Shown one piece after another: positions 47,553 through 57,917 of a stretch of 64,000 bases of DNA. Both the position numbers and the translations under genes were made by a program. Source of the stretch: an uncultured Alphaproteobacteria bacterium (lineage in GTDB: Bacteria; Pseudomonadota; Alphaproteobacteria; HIMB59; GCA-002718135). Position 1 is the first letter of the stretch. The number at the start of each line of letters is the position of its first letter. Where the stretch lies: positions 2,170-66,169 of the forward strand of contig CACKRO010000002.1 in the NCBI GenBank assembly GCA_902602695.1. Reading direction: 5' to 3'. The notes under the pieces are model-generated. The model was not told where the DNA came from, did no database searches, and saw only the letters and a list, made by a program, of their open reading frames with translations.

Positions 47553-48934
47553 TATAGGTATTTTTTTATAGCAAATTGTATCATTTTTTTAGTAATTTTG
47601 GGAGCTGTTCCACCAAAACTAGTTTTTGAGTTTACACTATTAATAGCTGATAGCACTTTTTTTGCACCTGCTGTTATATTTTTGTCAAACTTTCTTAATT
47701 CATCAAGAGATAATGAATCTATATTTATTTTTTTTCTTGAACAATAAGCAACAACCTTTCCTGTAACATTATAAGCATCTCTAAAAGAATAATTAAGATT
47801 TTGGACTAACCAATTAGCTAAATCTGTAGCAGTGGCATTTGAATTGTCTATCAACCCTTTCATCTTAGTTTTATTAAATATTGATTTTGATAAAATTTCA
47901 TTAATAACTTTTACGCACAAGAAAACATTGTCGTATGAGTTAAAAGTTAATTGTTTATCATCTTGTAAGTCTTTACTATATGAAAGAGGCAATCCTTTAA
48001 CAATATTAAGCATTGAACCTAAATTGCTAATGATAATACTTGTTTTTCCTCTGACAAGTTCTGCGCCATCAGGGTTTTTTTTCTGTGGCATAATTGAACT
48101 GCCAGTTGAAAGATCGTCTGGTAAATTTATAAAATTAAATTGTTGGTTTGACCAAAGTACAATCTCCTCAGCTATTTTTGACAAATGAACAGCGATCAAA
48201 GATAAAACAAATAAAAATTCTATTACAAAGTCTCTATCTGAGACTGTATCCATTGCGTTTTTTGTTGGTTCTCTAAATCCTAATTCTTTAGATGTATATT
48301 TTCTATCAATAGGAAATGAAGTTCCTGCAAGTGCAGCTGCACCTAATGGACTTTCATTTAAACGATATAAACAATCTTTAAGCCTTGTTCTGTCTCTACC
48401 AATCATTTCAACATAAGCTAAAACATGATGAGCTAATGATATTGGTTGAGCAATCTGTAAATGTGTATAACCAGGCATAATTGTTTCAGTATTTTTATTT
48501 GCAATATTAATCAAAGTTTTCTGAAATTTCTTTAGTTCACTATCTAAGAATTTTGATTCTTTTTTAATCCATAATTTTAAATCAGTTACTACTTGATCAT
48601 TTCTAGATCTTGCCGTGTGAAGTTTCCCTGCAACTTTTCCAATTTTTTTAAATAATAAACTTTCAATATTCATATGAATATCTTCAAGTTTTTTTGAAAA
48701 AACTACTTTGTTTTTTTCAATATCTCTTTCAATTGCTTTAAGCCCAGAGACTATTGCACTTTGTTCTTTTTTGTTTATTATTTTTTGCTTCCCAAGCATT
48801 TTAGCATGCGCAATTGAGCCTGCTATATCTTCCTCATAAAGACGCTGATCAATATCTATGGATGAATTAATATCATCTAAAATTTCGCTTGGTCCTTTTG
48901 AAAAATGGACATTTCTTGAAGGGTTTTTTTTCAT
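47552..48934 (-). CDS. argH: argininosuccinate lyase
   Basis: TARSRNDQV and the GSSIMPQKKNPD signature loop. Confidence 0.93.
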   Translation of the reverse strand: MKKNPSRNVHFSKGPSEILDDINSSIDIDQRLYEEDIAGSIAHAKMLGKQKIINKKEQSAIVSGLKAIERDIEKNKVVFSKKLEDIHMNIESLLFKKIGKVAGKLHTARSRNDQVVTDLKLWIKKESKFLDSELKKFQKTLINIANKNTETIMPGYTHLQIAQPISLAHHVLAYVEMIGRDRTRLKDCLYRLNESPLGAAALAGTSFPIDRKYTSKELGFREPTKNAMDTVSDRDFVIEFLFVLSLIAVHLSKIAEEIVLWSNQQFNFINLPDDLSTGSSIMPQKKNPDGAELVRGKTSIIISNLGSMLNIVKGLPLSYSKDLQDDKQLTFNSYDNVFLCVKVINEILSKSIFNKTKMKGLIDNSNATATDLANWLVQNLNYSFRDAYNVTGKVVAYCSRKKINIDSLSLDELRKFDKNITAGAKKVLSAINSVNSKTSFGGTAPKITKKMIQFAIKKYL

Positions 48935-49038
48935 TTTCCGGGCCTATAAGAGATATTTATATTAATTTCCACTCTTATGCTTAAATTATTTTCATACATC
49001 AAATTTTTCTTATATAAGCTCAGCTTTATAGAACTCAT

Positions 49039-51273
49039 ATGAATATTAAAAAAGTAGTAGTTATAGGATCTGGGACTATGGGTAGTGGGATTGCTGCACA
49101 GGTTGCTAATGCAGGAATTTCTGTAACTCTTCTTGATCTGCCTTCAAATGAAGGATCAAGAAATCAAATAACAGAAAAAGCTAAAGAAAGAATTATAAAA
49201 TCAAGACCTCCACTACTTGTAGAAAAAACTAAGGCAGAACATATTGAAACTGGAAATATAGAAGACGATTTCTCTGCTGTCTCAGAAGCTGATTGGGTTG
49301 TTGAAGCTGTAGTAGAAAGAATTGATATTAAACACTCTATATATTCTAAAATACAAGAAGCACGTAAACCCTCTTCTATAATCTCATCTAATACCTCAAC
49401 TATTCCTTTGAAAGTTTTATCTGCAAATATGTCCGAGGATATGAAGAAAAATTTTTGCATCACACATTTTTTTAATCCAGTTCGTTACATGGCTCTTTTA
49501 GAAATTGTTACTGAGCCAATTAATGATACTGAAAAAATTAATTTCTTAAAATCTTTTTGTGATGAACAACTTGGAAAGGGTGTAATCATTTGTAATGATA
49601 CTCCAGGATTTATTGGAAATAGGATTGGTGTTTATGCAATGCAAGTTGCTATGACTGAAGCATTTAAAATGAATATATCAATTGAAGAAGCAGATGCGGT
49701 ATTTGGAAGACCAATGGGTATTCCTAAAACAGGTATTTTTGGTTTGTATGATTTGATTGGTATAGATTTAATGGCAGATGTCTTAAAAAGTTTCATTAAA
49801 GAATTACCAATTGAAGATCCCTTTCACGAAGTTGCTCAAGAAATTCCGTTAGTAAAAAAACTAATTGATACAGGTTATACTGGAAGAAAAGGCAAGGGTG
49901 GTTTTTACAGAATGAATAAGTCAGATGGTAAAAAAACTCTTGAAGCAATTAACCTGGAAACTGGAGAATACTCTCCTAGCAAAAAAATAAATTTAGGATT
50001 AGGTGATAAAATAGATATTAAAAAATTAATTGAAAGAGATGATAAATATGGCAAGTATGCAAAATCGATACTAACAAAAGTAATTAGATATGCTGCTTTT
50101 CTAATTCCTGATGTTTCATCTAAATATATAGATATTGATGATGCTCTAAGATTAGGCTTTAATTGGACTATTGGTCCATTCGAGATGTTATCAAATATAG
50201 AAACAAATTCTTTTATTCAGGAAAATACTGACATCAATTATTTTGAAACAATTCAAAATAATTTTAAATTTGAGAAGAGACCAGGCTATCTTGATCCTAA
50301 TATTGATAATCTTAGATCTCTTAAATTAGACAAAACATTTCATAACGCTTCTGCAAACGTACAAGACTCTTCATCTTTTCAAATTGTAGAATTTACCACT
50401 AAAGCCAACGCTCTTAGCACAGACTCTATGCTTGCTTTAAAAGAAGCTGCACAAAATAATAAAAGCACAATTATAATAAATGAAGCAATGCAATTCTCAG
50501 CAGGTGTAAATTTAAATTATGTAATGGATTTTGCTAAAAATAATGAGTGGTCAAAAATTGAAAAATTTATCGTAGATTTTCAACAAACCTGTAAGGCAAT
50601 CAAATATGCAGATAAACCTTTTATTGCAGCACCTTCTGGTTTAGCAATTGGAGGAGGATTTGAAGTAGTTCTTCACTGTGATTACTCTGTCTCACATACA
50701 AATGTTGTTCTAGGTCTTGTTGAATCTCTAGTTGGTCTAATTCCTGCAGGTGGTGGGTGTAAGGAAATGTTGTGGCGTTGGCTACAAACACCTGAAGGAA
50801 AAGAAAATTCAGAATATGCTTCTATGAAAGTCTTTGATCTTATTGGCTATGCTATTACTTCAAGTTCACCAAACGAAGCAAAACCTAATCAATTTTTTCT
50901 TAGTAAAGATAAGGTCGTAATTAATAGGGATAGACAACTTACAACAGCTATTGAATTACTTAATAATATTGAAAGCAGTTATATCAAACCCAGCGAACCT
51001 ACATTCAGACTTGGTGGAAGTTCTGTAAAAGATAAAATGTTTGAAAAGTTAGAAAAACTTTACAGTGAAAAGAAAATAATGGATCATAGCTTAGAAGTTG
51101 GAAAACAAATTGCTTTTGTTTTAAGCGGTGGTGATACAAATATGAATTCTGATCTAACTGAAGATGATCTATACAATTTAGAGCTTGAAGCATTCATGAG
51201 ACTTATCCAGATGTCTAAAACGCAGGAAAGAATAAAACACACATTAGAAACAGGAAAACCATTAGTAAATTAA
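49039..51273 (+). CDS. fused 3-hydroxyacyl-CoA dehydrogenase (N-terminal) / enoyl-CoA hydratase-like (C-terminal) protein
   Basis: VVIGSGTMGSGIA is the NAD motif and NTS.I/HFFNP are HAD motifs. The C-terminal half carries a crotonase-like GLAIGGGFE oxyanion motif. Confidence 0.8.
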   Translation: MNIKKVVVIGSGTMGSGIAAQVANAGISVTLLDLPSNEGSRNQITEKAKERIIKSRPPLLVEKTKAEHIETGNIEDDFSAVSEADWVVEAVVERIDIKHSIYSKIQEARKPSSIISSNTSTIPLKVLSANMSEDMKKNFCITHFFNPVRYMALLEIVTEPINDTEKINFLKSFCDEQLGKGVIICNDTPGFIGNRIGVYAMQVAMTEAFKMNISIEEADAVFGRPMGIPKTGIFGLYDLIGIDLMADVLKSFIKELPIEDPFHEVAQEIPLVKKLIDTGYTGRKGKGGFYRMNKSDGKKTLEAINLETGEYSPSKKINLGLGDKIDIKKLIERDDKYGKYAKSILTKVIRYAAFLIPDVSSKYIDIDDALRLGFNWTIGPFEMLSNIETNSFIQENTDINYFETIQNNFKFEKRPGYLDPNIDNLRSLKLDKTFHNASANVQDSSSFQIVEFTTKANALSTDSMLALKEAAQNNKSTIIINEAMQFSAGVNLNYVMDFAKNNEWSKIEKFIVDFQQTCKAIKYADKPFIAAPSGLAIGGGFEVVLHCDYSVSHTNVVLGLVESLVGLIPAGGGCKEMLWRWLQTPEGKENSEYASMKVFDLIGYAITSSSPNEAKPNQFFLSKDKVVINRDRQLTTAIELLNNIESSYIKPSEPTFRLGGSSVKDKMFEKLEKLYSEKKIMDHSLEVGKQIAFVLSGGDTNMNSDLTEDDLYNLELEAFMRLIQMSKTQERIKHTLETGKPLVN

Positions 51274-51313
51274 TTTGATTTCTTGTAGTATCGATTAAAA
51301 TTTGGAGGAATGG

Positions 51314-52945
51314 ATGAATAATTTCGATACAAATCTTGATAAAAATACTGCTAATTTTGTTCCTTTATCTCCCTTAAGTTTTATTTCTCGTGCTAAAGAT
51401 ATTTATCCAAATTATGAGTCACTTGTTTATGGTAAAAGAAGTTATACTTGGAAAGAAACCTATAACCGTTGTACGAAATTTGCTAGCGCTTTAGAAAAAC
51501 AAGGTATTGGTAAAGGAGATACTGTTTCCATAATTGCAGCTAATACACCTGAAATATTTGAGGCTCATTATTCTATTCCCATGATCGGTGCTGTAATTAA
51601 TACAATTAATACAAGATTGGATGCAGAAACAATTGCATACATTCTAGATCATAGTGATGCAAAATTATTAATCACAGATTCACAATTTTCACCTACCATG
51701 AAAAAAGCTTTAAGCCTTTATGGAAAAAATATTCCTATTATTGATATTCATGATGATCAAGCATTATTTAAAGAAGGTGAGGGTGAAAGAATAGGTAAAT
51801 GGACTTATGAAGATTTTCTTTTAACTGGAGATGATAATTTTGAATGGTCTTTACCTGATGATGAGTGGCAGGCTATCTCTTTAAGCTATACCTCAGGAAC
51901 AACAGGAAAACCCAAAGGTGTTGTCTATCATCATAGAGGTTCTTATCTAATGTCAACAGGTAGTGTAACGGCATGGAATATGACTAATAAATTAACTTTT
52001 TTATATACAGTGCCAATGTTTCATTGCAATGGATGGGGTTATCCATGGACTGCTGCATTAATTCACGCCAAGGTTGTTTGTTGCCGATATATTATTGCTA
52101 AAGATATTTACAATTTGATTGATCAACATAAGGTTACTCATTTTGGAGGTGCGCCAATAGTATTAAGTTTAATTGCAAATGCACATGAAAAAGATAAAAA
52201 AGTAATCAATCATAAGGTATTTGTTCTAACTGCTGGTGCGCCACCTACAAGTGCCATCCTTGAGAAAATGGATAACCTAGGTTTTGAGGTAATGCATGTT
52301 TACGGATTAACAGAAACATATGGACACATATTACAATGTGCATGGAATGAAGAATGGAATGAACTTCCTAAAACAGAAAAAGCAGATATTAATTCTAGGC
52401 AAGGTGTTCGTTATCCTAATACAGAAGAAGTTATTGTTGCTGATCCAGATAGTCATAAACGTGTTCCAATGGATGGTAAGACAATGGGTGAAATACTTAT
52501 AAGAGGTAATGTTGTGATGAAAGGATATTATAAAAATAAAGATGCTACTGAAACATCTATGAAGAATGGCTGGTTCCATTCTGGAGATTTAGCCGTTGTT
52601 TATCCTGATGGTTACATTCAAATTAAGGATCGCTCTAAAGATATTATTATTTCAGGTGGAGAAAATATTTCATCAGTCGAGGTAGAAAATGTTGTAGCAA
52701 AACACGACTCTGTTTCTCTTGTTGCCGTTGTAGCTAAACCAGATGAAAAGTGGGGTGAAACTCCTTGTGCATTTGTTGAATTAGCCCCTGGAAAAAATGC
52801 CACAGAAGAGGAAATTATACAGTTTTGTAAAGAAAATATGGCTGGATTTAAGAGACCAAAGCATGTAATCTTTGGTGAATTACCAAAAACTTCCACAGGG
52901 AAGATACAAAAATTCGAATTAAGAACTAAAGCAAAGGAGTTATAA
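51314..52945 (+). CDS. AMP-forming acyl-CoA synthetase (medium/short-chain type)
   Basis: I prefer ATG 51314, which lies 5 nt after a GGAGG. The tracked ORF starts at TTG 51302. Motifs are SYTSGTTGKPKGV, YGLTE and GWFHSGD. Confidence 0.8.
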   Translation: MNNFDTNLDKNTANFVPLSPLSFISRAKDIYPNYESLVYGKRSYTWKETYNRCTKFASALEKQGIGKGDTVSIIAANTPEIFEAHYSIPMIGAVINTINTRLDAETIAYILDHSDAKLLITDSQFSPTMKKALSLYGKNIPIIDIHDDQALFKEGEGERIGKWTYEDFLLTGDDNFEWSLPDDEWQAISLSYTSGTTGKPKGVVYHHRGSYLMSTGSVTAWNMTNKLTFLYTVPMFHCNGWGYPWTAALIHAKVVCCRYIIAKDIYNLIDQHKVTHFGGAPIVLSLIANAHEKDKKVINHKVFVLTAGAPPTSAILEKMDNLGFEVMHVYGLTETYGHILQCAWNEEWNELPKTEKADINSRQGVRYPNTEEVIVADPDSHKRVPMDGKTMGEILIRGNVVMKGYYKNKDATETSMKNGWFHSGDLAVVYPDGYIQIKDRSKDIIISGGENISSVEVENVVAKHDSVSLVAVVAKPDEKWGETPCAFVELAPGKNATEEEIIQFCKENMAGFKRPKHVIFGELPKTSTGKIQKFELRTKAKEL

Positions 52946-54256
52946 ATGGACCCAAAAACTTATAAATTTGACACACTCAGTCTTCACGCAGGTTATCAGC
53001 CTAGCAAAAACGCTGGTTCAAGACAAGTGCCTATCTATCAAACAACTTCATATATGTTTGATGATGTTGACCATGCGGCAGCACTTTTTAATCTAGAAAG
53101 AGGTGGTCATATTTATAGTCGTATGTCCAACCCAACAGTACAAGTCTTAGAAGAAAGAGTTTGTGCACTAGAAGGAGGAACAGCTGCTCTTGCAACTGCA
53201 TCTGGAATGAGTGCAATATTTTTAACGATCATGACTCTTTGTAATGCTGGTGATCACATGGTTGTTTCTTCTCAGCTTTACGGGGGAACAGTAAACTTAT
53301 TTAGATTAACACTTCCTAAGTTTGGCATTAAAACAACATTTGTAAAACCAAGAGACACAGAAGGTTTTAAAAAAGCTATTCAACCAAATACCAAAGGTAT
53401 TTTTGGTGAGCTTGTTGGTAATCCTGGTAATGAATTAATGAACATGCCTGAAGTATCAAACATTGCTAAAGAAGCAGGTATCCCACTTATTATAGATAGT
53501 ACCTATCAAACTCCATATTTATGCCGACCTTTTGAACATGGTGCTGACCTTGTAGTTCACTCACTTACTAAATGGATGAGTGGTAATGGATCATCTATGG
53601 CAGGAATTTTAGTTGAAGGTGGAACATTTGATTGGATGCAGAATGATAAGTTTCCAACTATGACTGAACCGTACGAAGGTTATCATGGATTATCATTTGC
53701 TGAAGAATTTGGCCCAACTGCATTTACAATGATGGCAAGAGCTGAAGGAATGAGAGACATGGGACCTTGTTTAGCTCCTCAAAATGCATGGAACATTTTA
53801 CACGGACTTGAAACCCTTTCTCTTCGTATGGAAAAACATTGTTCCAATGCTTTGAAGATGGTTGAGTATTTATCAAATCATGAAAGTGTCGCTTGGGTAT
53901 CTCATGCAAGTGCACCTGGTCATCCAGATAAGGAACTAGCAGAAAAAATTCTTCCTAAGGGAACTGGCTCAATGATTGCCTTTGGAATTAAAGGTGGAAA
54001 AGAAGCAGGAGCTGCGTTTATTAACAATGTTAAGCTTGCATCTCACTTAGCAAATGTAGGTGATGCAAGAACATTAGTTATCCATCCGGCATCAGCAACT
54101 CATTCACAAATGGATGAGGCAACTTTAAAATTTGCTGGATTATCTCATGATATGATTAGATTATCTGTTGGCTTAGAAGACTTTGAAGATATCGTAAACG
54201 ATTTCGAAGATGGATTTAGAGCTGCAAAAAAACCTCGTTTAGTTGCAAACAAATAA
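52946..54256 (+). CDS. metY: O-acetylhomoserine sulfhydrylase / aminocarboxypropyltransferase (PLP)
   Basis: TLSLHAG, SRMSNPT, the PLP-Lys HSLTKWMSGNG, and IRLSVGLED. Confidence 0.88.
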   Translation: MDPKTYKFDTLSLHAGYQPSKNAGSRQVPIYQTTSYMFDDVDHAAALFNLERGGHIYSRMSNPTVQVLEERVCALEGGTAALATASGMSAIFLTIMTLCNAGDHMVVSSQLYGGTVNLFRLTLPKFGIKTTFVKPRDTEGFKKAIQPNTKGIFGELVGNPGNELMNMPEVSNIAKEAGIPLIIDSTYQTPYLCRPFEHGADLVVHSLTKWMSGNGSSMAGILVEGGTFDWMQNDKFPTMTEPYEGYHGLSFAEEFGPTAFTMMARAEGMRDMGPCLAPQNAWNILHGLETLSLRMEKHCSNALKMVEYLSNHESVAWVSHASAPGHPDKELAEKILPKGTGSMIAFGIKGGKEAGAAFINNVKLASHLANVGDARTLVIHPASATHSQMDEATLKFAGLSHDMIRLSVGLEDFEDIVNDFEDGFRAAKKPRLVANK

Positions 54257-55072
54257 ATGAAGTTTAAAGTTCGCGGTATTGATACGTTTGCCTCCACTGG
54301 AGGCAGACCTTTTGATAAAAATAAACCTCTTATTATATTTGTACACGGTAGTGGACTAAGTCACATGGTTTGGGTTTTACAAACACGTTACTTTGCATTC
54401 CGTGGATACAGCGTTTTAGCTGTTGATTTGCCAGGTCACGGACTATCTTCCGGTGAAAGTTTAAAAACTATTGAAGAAATGGGAGATTGGGTTGGTGATG
54501 TAATTGGAGCAGTTGGATGTAAAGAAGCTTCACTAGTTGGACACTCTCAAGGATGTCTTGTAACAATGGAATGTGTTGCGCAACACCCAGAAAAAATTAA
54601 AACCTTAACTCTGATGGGTGGTGCGTCTGCAATTCCGATGAACCCAGAATTATTACAACTTGCTGAAGAGAGTAATCCTAAGGCTGTTGATCTCATGATG
54701 GATTTTGCGCACGGTCCAGCAGGACATTTTGGAGGTCATCCTGTTCCAGGTCTATATCACCTAAATGTTGGTTCCATGATTGTTCAAAATAAAGAAATTA
54801 AAGATACCTTGGGTGTGGATTTTAGAGCATGCGATAATTATAAAAATGGACCTGAGATCGCTAAAAAATTAGATTTACCAACTCTTTCTATATTAGGTGC
54901 ACAAGATAGAATGTGCCGTTTAAAAGATGGAAAAATTCTTGCTGATTATATTAAAGGTTCGGAAGTAAAGATTATTGAAGATTGTGGGCATATGATGCTC
55001 TTAGAAGAAGCAGATCAAACATTAGAAATTCTAAAGAAGTTCATAGCTGAACATTATCCTTTACCCAATTAG
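54257..55072 (+). CDS. alpha/beta hydrolase
   Basis: IFVHGSG, GHSQG nucleophile elbow and a late CGHM. Its start abuts the metY stop. Confidence 0.6.
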   Translation: MKFKVRGIDTFASTGGRPFDKNKPLIIFVHGSGLSHMVWVLQTRYFAFRGYSVLAVDLPGHGLSSGESLKTIEEMGDWVGDVIGAVGCKEASLVGHSQGCLVTMECVAQHPEKIKTLTLMGGASAIPMNPELLQLAEESNPKAVDLMMDFAHGPAGHFGGHPVPGLYHLNVGSMIVQNKEIKDTLGVDFRACDNYKNGPEIAKKLDLPTLSILGAQDRMCRLKDGKILADYIKGSEVKIIEDCGHMMLLEEADQTLEILKKFIAEHYPLPN

Positions 55073-55097
55073 ATAACTTTAAAAATTAAATCAAAGA

Positions 55098-55280
55098 CTA
55101 CTTATTTTCTTCTTTATCAGGTCTTGTAAGTTCTTCGAGTTTACGCATTTCCTCTTCCATTTTAAGCTTTTCTTGCTCTTCACGTTTCTTTTTACGTTCT
55201 TCAGCTTTCTGTTTAAGTTTAAGCTCTTTCTGCATTTTGCGGTCTCCCGCTTTGGATTTGTGATTAAAGTGAATGCCCAT
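55098..55280 (-). CDS. hypothetical small K/E-rich coiled-coil protein
   Basis: An ORF only. It is 60 aa and highly charged, and I recognise no motif in it. Confidence 0.35.
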   Translation of the reverse strand: MGIHFNHKSKAGDRKMQKELKLKQKAEERKKKREEQEKLKMEEEMRKLEELTRPDKEENK

Positions 55281-55334
55281 ATAAACCTGGCAACTTTATA
55301 CTAAATATTATGAAATATTTCTAGAGTCTAAATG

Positions 55335-55529
55335 CTAATTTCTTGCCAGCCAGACAATTAATACAAAAACAAATATAGCTATTGCTTGAAAAAGTACCCT
55401 TAGACGCATTAGTTTATTACTGTGATTTTTGTTTAGCTTTCCATTTACTGCCATGGCAATAACACCAACCACAACAACTGCTAGTGTTGCAGCCATGAAT
55501 AAGACAAGTATTATTTGCATTGTACTCAT
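55335..55529 (-). CDS. twin-transmembrane-helix small protein (HIG1 domain)
   Basis: Two TM helices flank SNKLMRLRVLFQ, the conserved HIG1/twin-TM motif. Confidence 0.65.
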   Translation of the reverse strand: MSTMQIILVLFMAATLAVVVVGVIAMAVNGKLNKNHSNKLMRLRVLFQAIAIFVFVLIVWLARN

Positions 55530-55591
55530 ACAGATATCTATATAAAACTTTTATTCTATGAAACAAGATTACTTAAATAAAGTGTTACATT

Positions 55592-56266
55592 ATGGATAAT
55601 ATTTTAAAGGGCCCCTCAATTACAAAGCACCAAAATCCAAAAAAACTGATGATCATGCTTCATGGATATGGAGATAACGCTACTAATTTTATTCAAATTG
55701 CAAATTTAATTGATCAAGATGACTGGGCGATGAAATATGTTGCTTTAAATGCACCAGATACAATTCAAGATTATCCTATGGGGCATGAATGGTTTCAATT
55801 ATATCTCAATGGCACTCATATTTCTAATGCTGGTGTAAAAGAATATGATGTAGCCAAAAAAAAAATATCTGAGAATGTTGAAAAAATTTATAACTCAATT
55901 TCTCTTTTGTTAGAAAATTTAAATTTAAAAATGACCGATTGTTTTGTTATGGGTTTTTCTCAAGGAGGTATGATGGCTTTTGAACTTGGGCAAATACTTC
56001 ATAATCAGTTGGCAGGCTTAGCAATTATATCTTCAAGAATTATATCAAAAGAGCACAAGCCTAATAATGCATTTCTAAAAACACCAATTTTTATTTCTCA
56101 TGGTGCTCAAGATGCTGTTTTACCTATTTCCAATTACAACGATTCACTTGAAGTCTTAAAAAAGAATAACTACAATTATGAAAATTATCTTATTGAAAGT
56201 GACGATCACACAATGTCACGAGAAACAATAACTTTTTTCCAGAATTTTATTAAAAAAAATATTTAA
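55592..56266 (+). CDS. phospholipase/carboxylesterase-family serine hydrolase
   Basis: LHGYGDN, GFSQGG nucleophile elbow, HG..D and a late H. Confidence 0.65.
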   Translation: MDNILKGPSITKHQNPKKLMIMLHGYGDNATNFIQIANLIDQDDWAMKYVALNAPDTIQDYPMGHEWFQLYLNGTHISNAGVKEYDVAKKKISENVEKIYNSISLLLENLNLKMTDCFVMGFSQGGMMAFELGQILHNQLAGLAIISSRIISKEHKPNNAFLKTPIFISHGAQDAVLPISNYNDSLEVLKKNNYNYENYLIESDDHTMSRETITFFQNFIKKNI

Positions 56267-56330
56267 AGTAATCGAATCTTAATATTATACTACTATCTGT
56301 ATAATATGACATGGGTGAGTAGAAACTAAA

Positions 56331-56885
56331 ATGAGTATTGCAGAAAATCCAGCTTTGGTTCTTAATGCTGATTTTCGGCCGCTATCTTATTACCCACTTT
56401 CCTTATGTTCATGGCAAGACGCCATCAAAGCTGTTTTTCTTGAAAGAGTTTCAGTGATAGAAAATTATGAGCATGAAGTTCATTCTCCAAATCTTACTTT
56501 TAAGTTACCAAGCGTAATTGCCTTAAAGGATTATGTAACTCCTCAACGAAGACCTGCCTTTACCCGTTTTAATGTTTTTTTGAGAGATAACTTTACTTGC
56601 CAATACTGTACTAATCGTTTTCCAGCAAACGAATTAACATTTGATCATTTAGTTCCGAAATGTTTGCATGGAAAAACTACTTGGGAAAATGTTGTCTCAG
56701 CATGCACATCATGTAATTTAAAAAAGGGTAGAAAACTTATTCAGAATACAGATATGAAACTTTTTAAAAAACCTCTAAGACCATCTTCAATTCAACTACA
56801 AAATAATGGCAGGAATTTCCCACCTAATTTTTTGCATGAGACTTGGAGAGATTATTTATACTGGGATTCAGAACTAGAAAACTAG
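56331..56885 (+). CDS. stand-alone HNH endonuclease
   Basis: CQYC...FDHLVPK...GKTTWENVVSACTSCNLKKG is an HNH/zinc motif. Confidence 0.7.
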   Translation: MSIAENPALVLNADFRPLSYYPLSLCSWQDAIKAVFLERVSVIENYEHEVHSPNLTFKLPSVIALKDYVTPQRRPAFTRFNVFLRDNFTCQYCTNRFPANELTFDHLVPKCLHGKTTWENVVSACTSCNLKKGRKLIQNTDMKLFKKPLRPSSIQLQNNGRNFPPNFLHETWRDYLYWDSELEN

Positions 56886-57451
56886 ATTTTTTTTGAAATT
56901 GCAATTGCTGTTTTACATCCGAGCTCTATTACTTTTGACATAATTTTATATCCTGGTGCACTTTCAGCATCATGCTCTATACCAATATCGTGATGTTCAA
57001 GTTCATCATCTCTAAATTTAGAAATTGTTTTTTTTAAATCTTTATGATCATCTCCTAAGAGTTCCAGTTGTTCTTGGTAATGTTCACCTATTACTTTCTC
57101 AACAGCAACAGTACAAGCCATGGCAGCCTTTTCTCCCATTAATGCTGTGGACGCACCAAGCGCATAACCCGCAACATTCCACAAAGGAAGGAGAGCAGTT
57201 GGTCTAACTCTATGTTCCAAGATAAGTTCATTGAATTTATCAATATGTTCTTGTTCTTGATCTGCCATATGTTGAATTGTTTTACCAAGCTTTGAACTTT
57301 TGCCAAATATTGCTATTTGACCATCATATATTTTGGTTGCACCATATTCACCAGCATGATCGACTCTTATGATTTCTTCTAAAACTTCCCTATGAGTAGT
57401 TCTACCTGATGAAGAATTTTTTTTAGACGTTTTTTTCTTTTTTAATGCCAT
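56882..57451 (-). CDS. coq7: demethoxyubiquinone hydroxylase (di-iron, COQ7 family)
   Basis: The start is moved to ATG 57451 (MALKKKK). RVDHAGEYGA with repeated E..H di-iron motifs. Confidence 0.8.
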   Translation of the reverse strand: MALKKKKTSKKNSSSGRTTHREVLEEIIRVDHAGEYGATKIYDGQIAIFGKSSKLGKTIQHMADQEQEHIDKFNELILEHRVRPTALLPLWNVAGYALGASTALMGEKAAMACTVAVEKVIGEHYQEQLELLGDDHKDLKKTISKFRDDELEHHDIGIEHDAESAPGYKIMSKVIELGCKTAIAISKKI

Positions 57452-57917
57452 AGTTCTTAAATAAATAAATAGCATTTAAAATAAAAATAACTAGTAAAAC
57501 AAGTGTATTAATTGAAGCAGCAGAAATACCAAAAAAACTCCAAATAACTTCATCACAACTGATTACTTGCTTTGATAATATCTGCGCTTTAAGGTCGGAA
57601 GCACTCTCACTATTCGTTAACATTACTGAACAGCCTGAAGGACCTTTAAGAATTTTATTTTCAACTCCAACATGCCATATAGAATAAAAGAGACCGTAAA
57701 CTGCAGCTAATTGAATCAATAAATAAAACACAACTTTATTTAAATTTTTAATAATAAAAATAAAAACTAAACTTACTAAAATTAAATAATATGGATGTCT
57801 TTGTTTTAAACACAACTCACATGGTTGCAGATTAAAGAAGTACTCTGCAATTAATGCGGATGATATCGAAATTAGGGAAATGATAAATAAAAGTAAAGTC
57901 CAATTACGAATGATCAT
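57423..57917 (-). CDS. dsbB: disulfide bond formation protein B family
   Basis: Four TM helices, a CELCLKQR first-loop CxxC, and a second periplasmic Cys pair. Confidence 0.7.
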   Translation of the reverse strand: MIIRNWTLLLFIISLISISSALIAEYFFNLQPCELCLKQRHPYYLILVSLVFIFIIKNLNKVVFYLLIQLAAVYGLFYSIWHVGVENKILKGPSGCSVMLTNSESASDLKAQILSKQVISCDEVIWSFFGISAASINTLVLLVIFILNAIYLFKNYGIKKEKNV

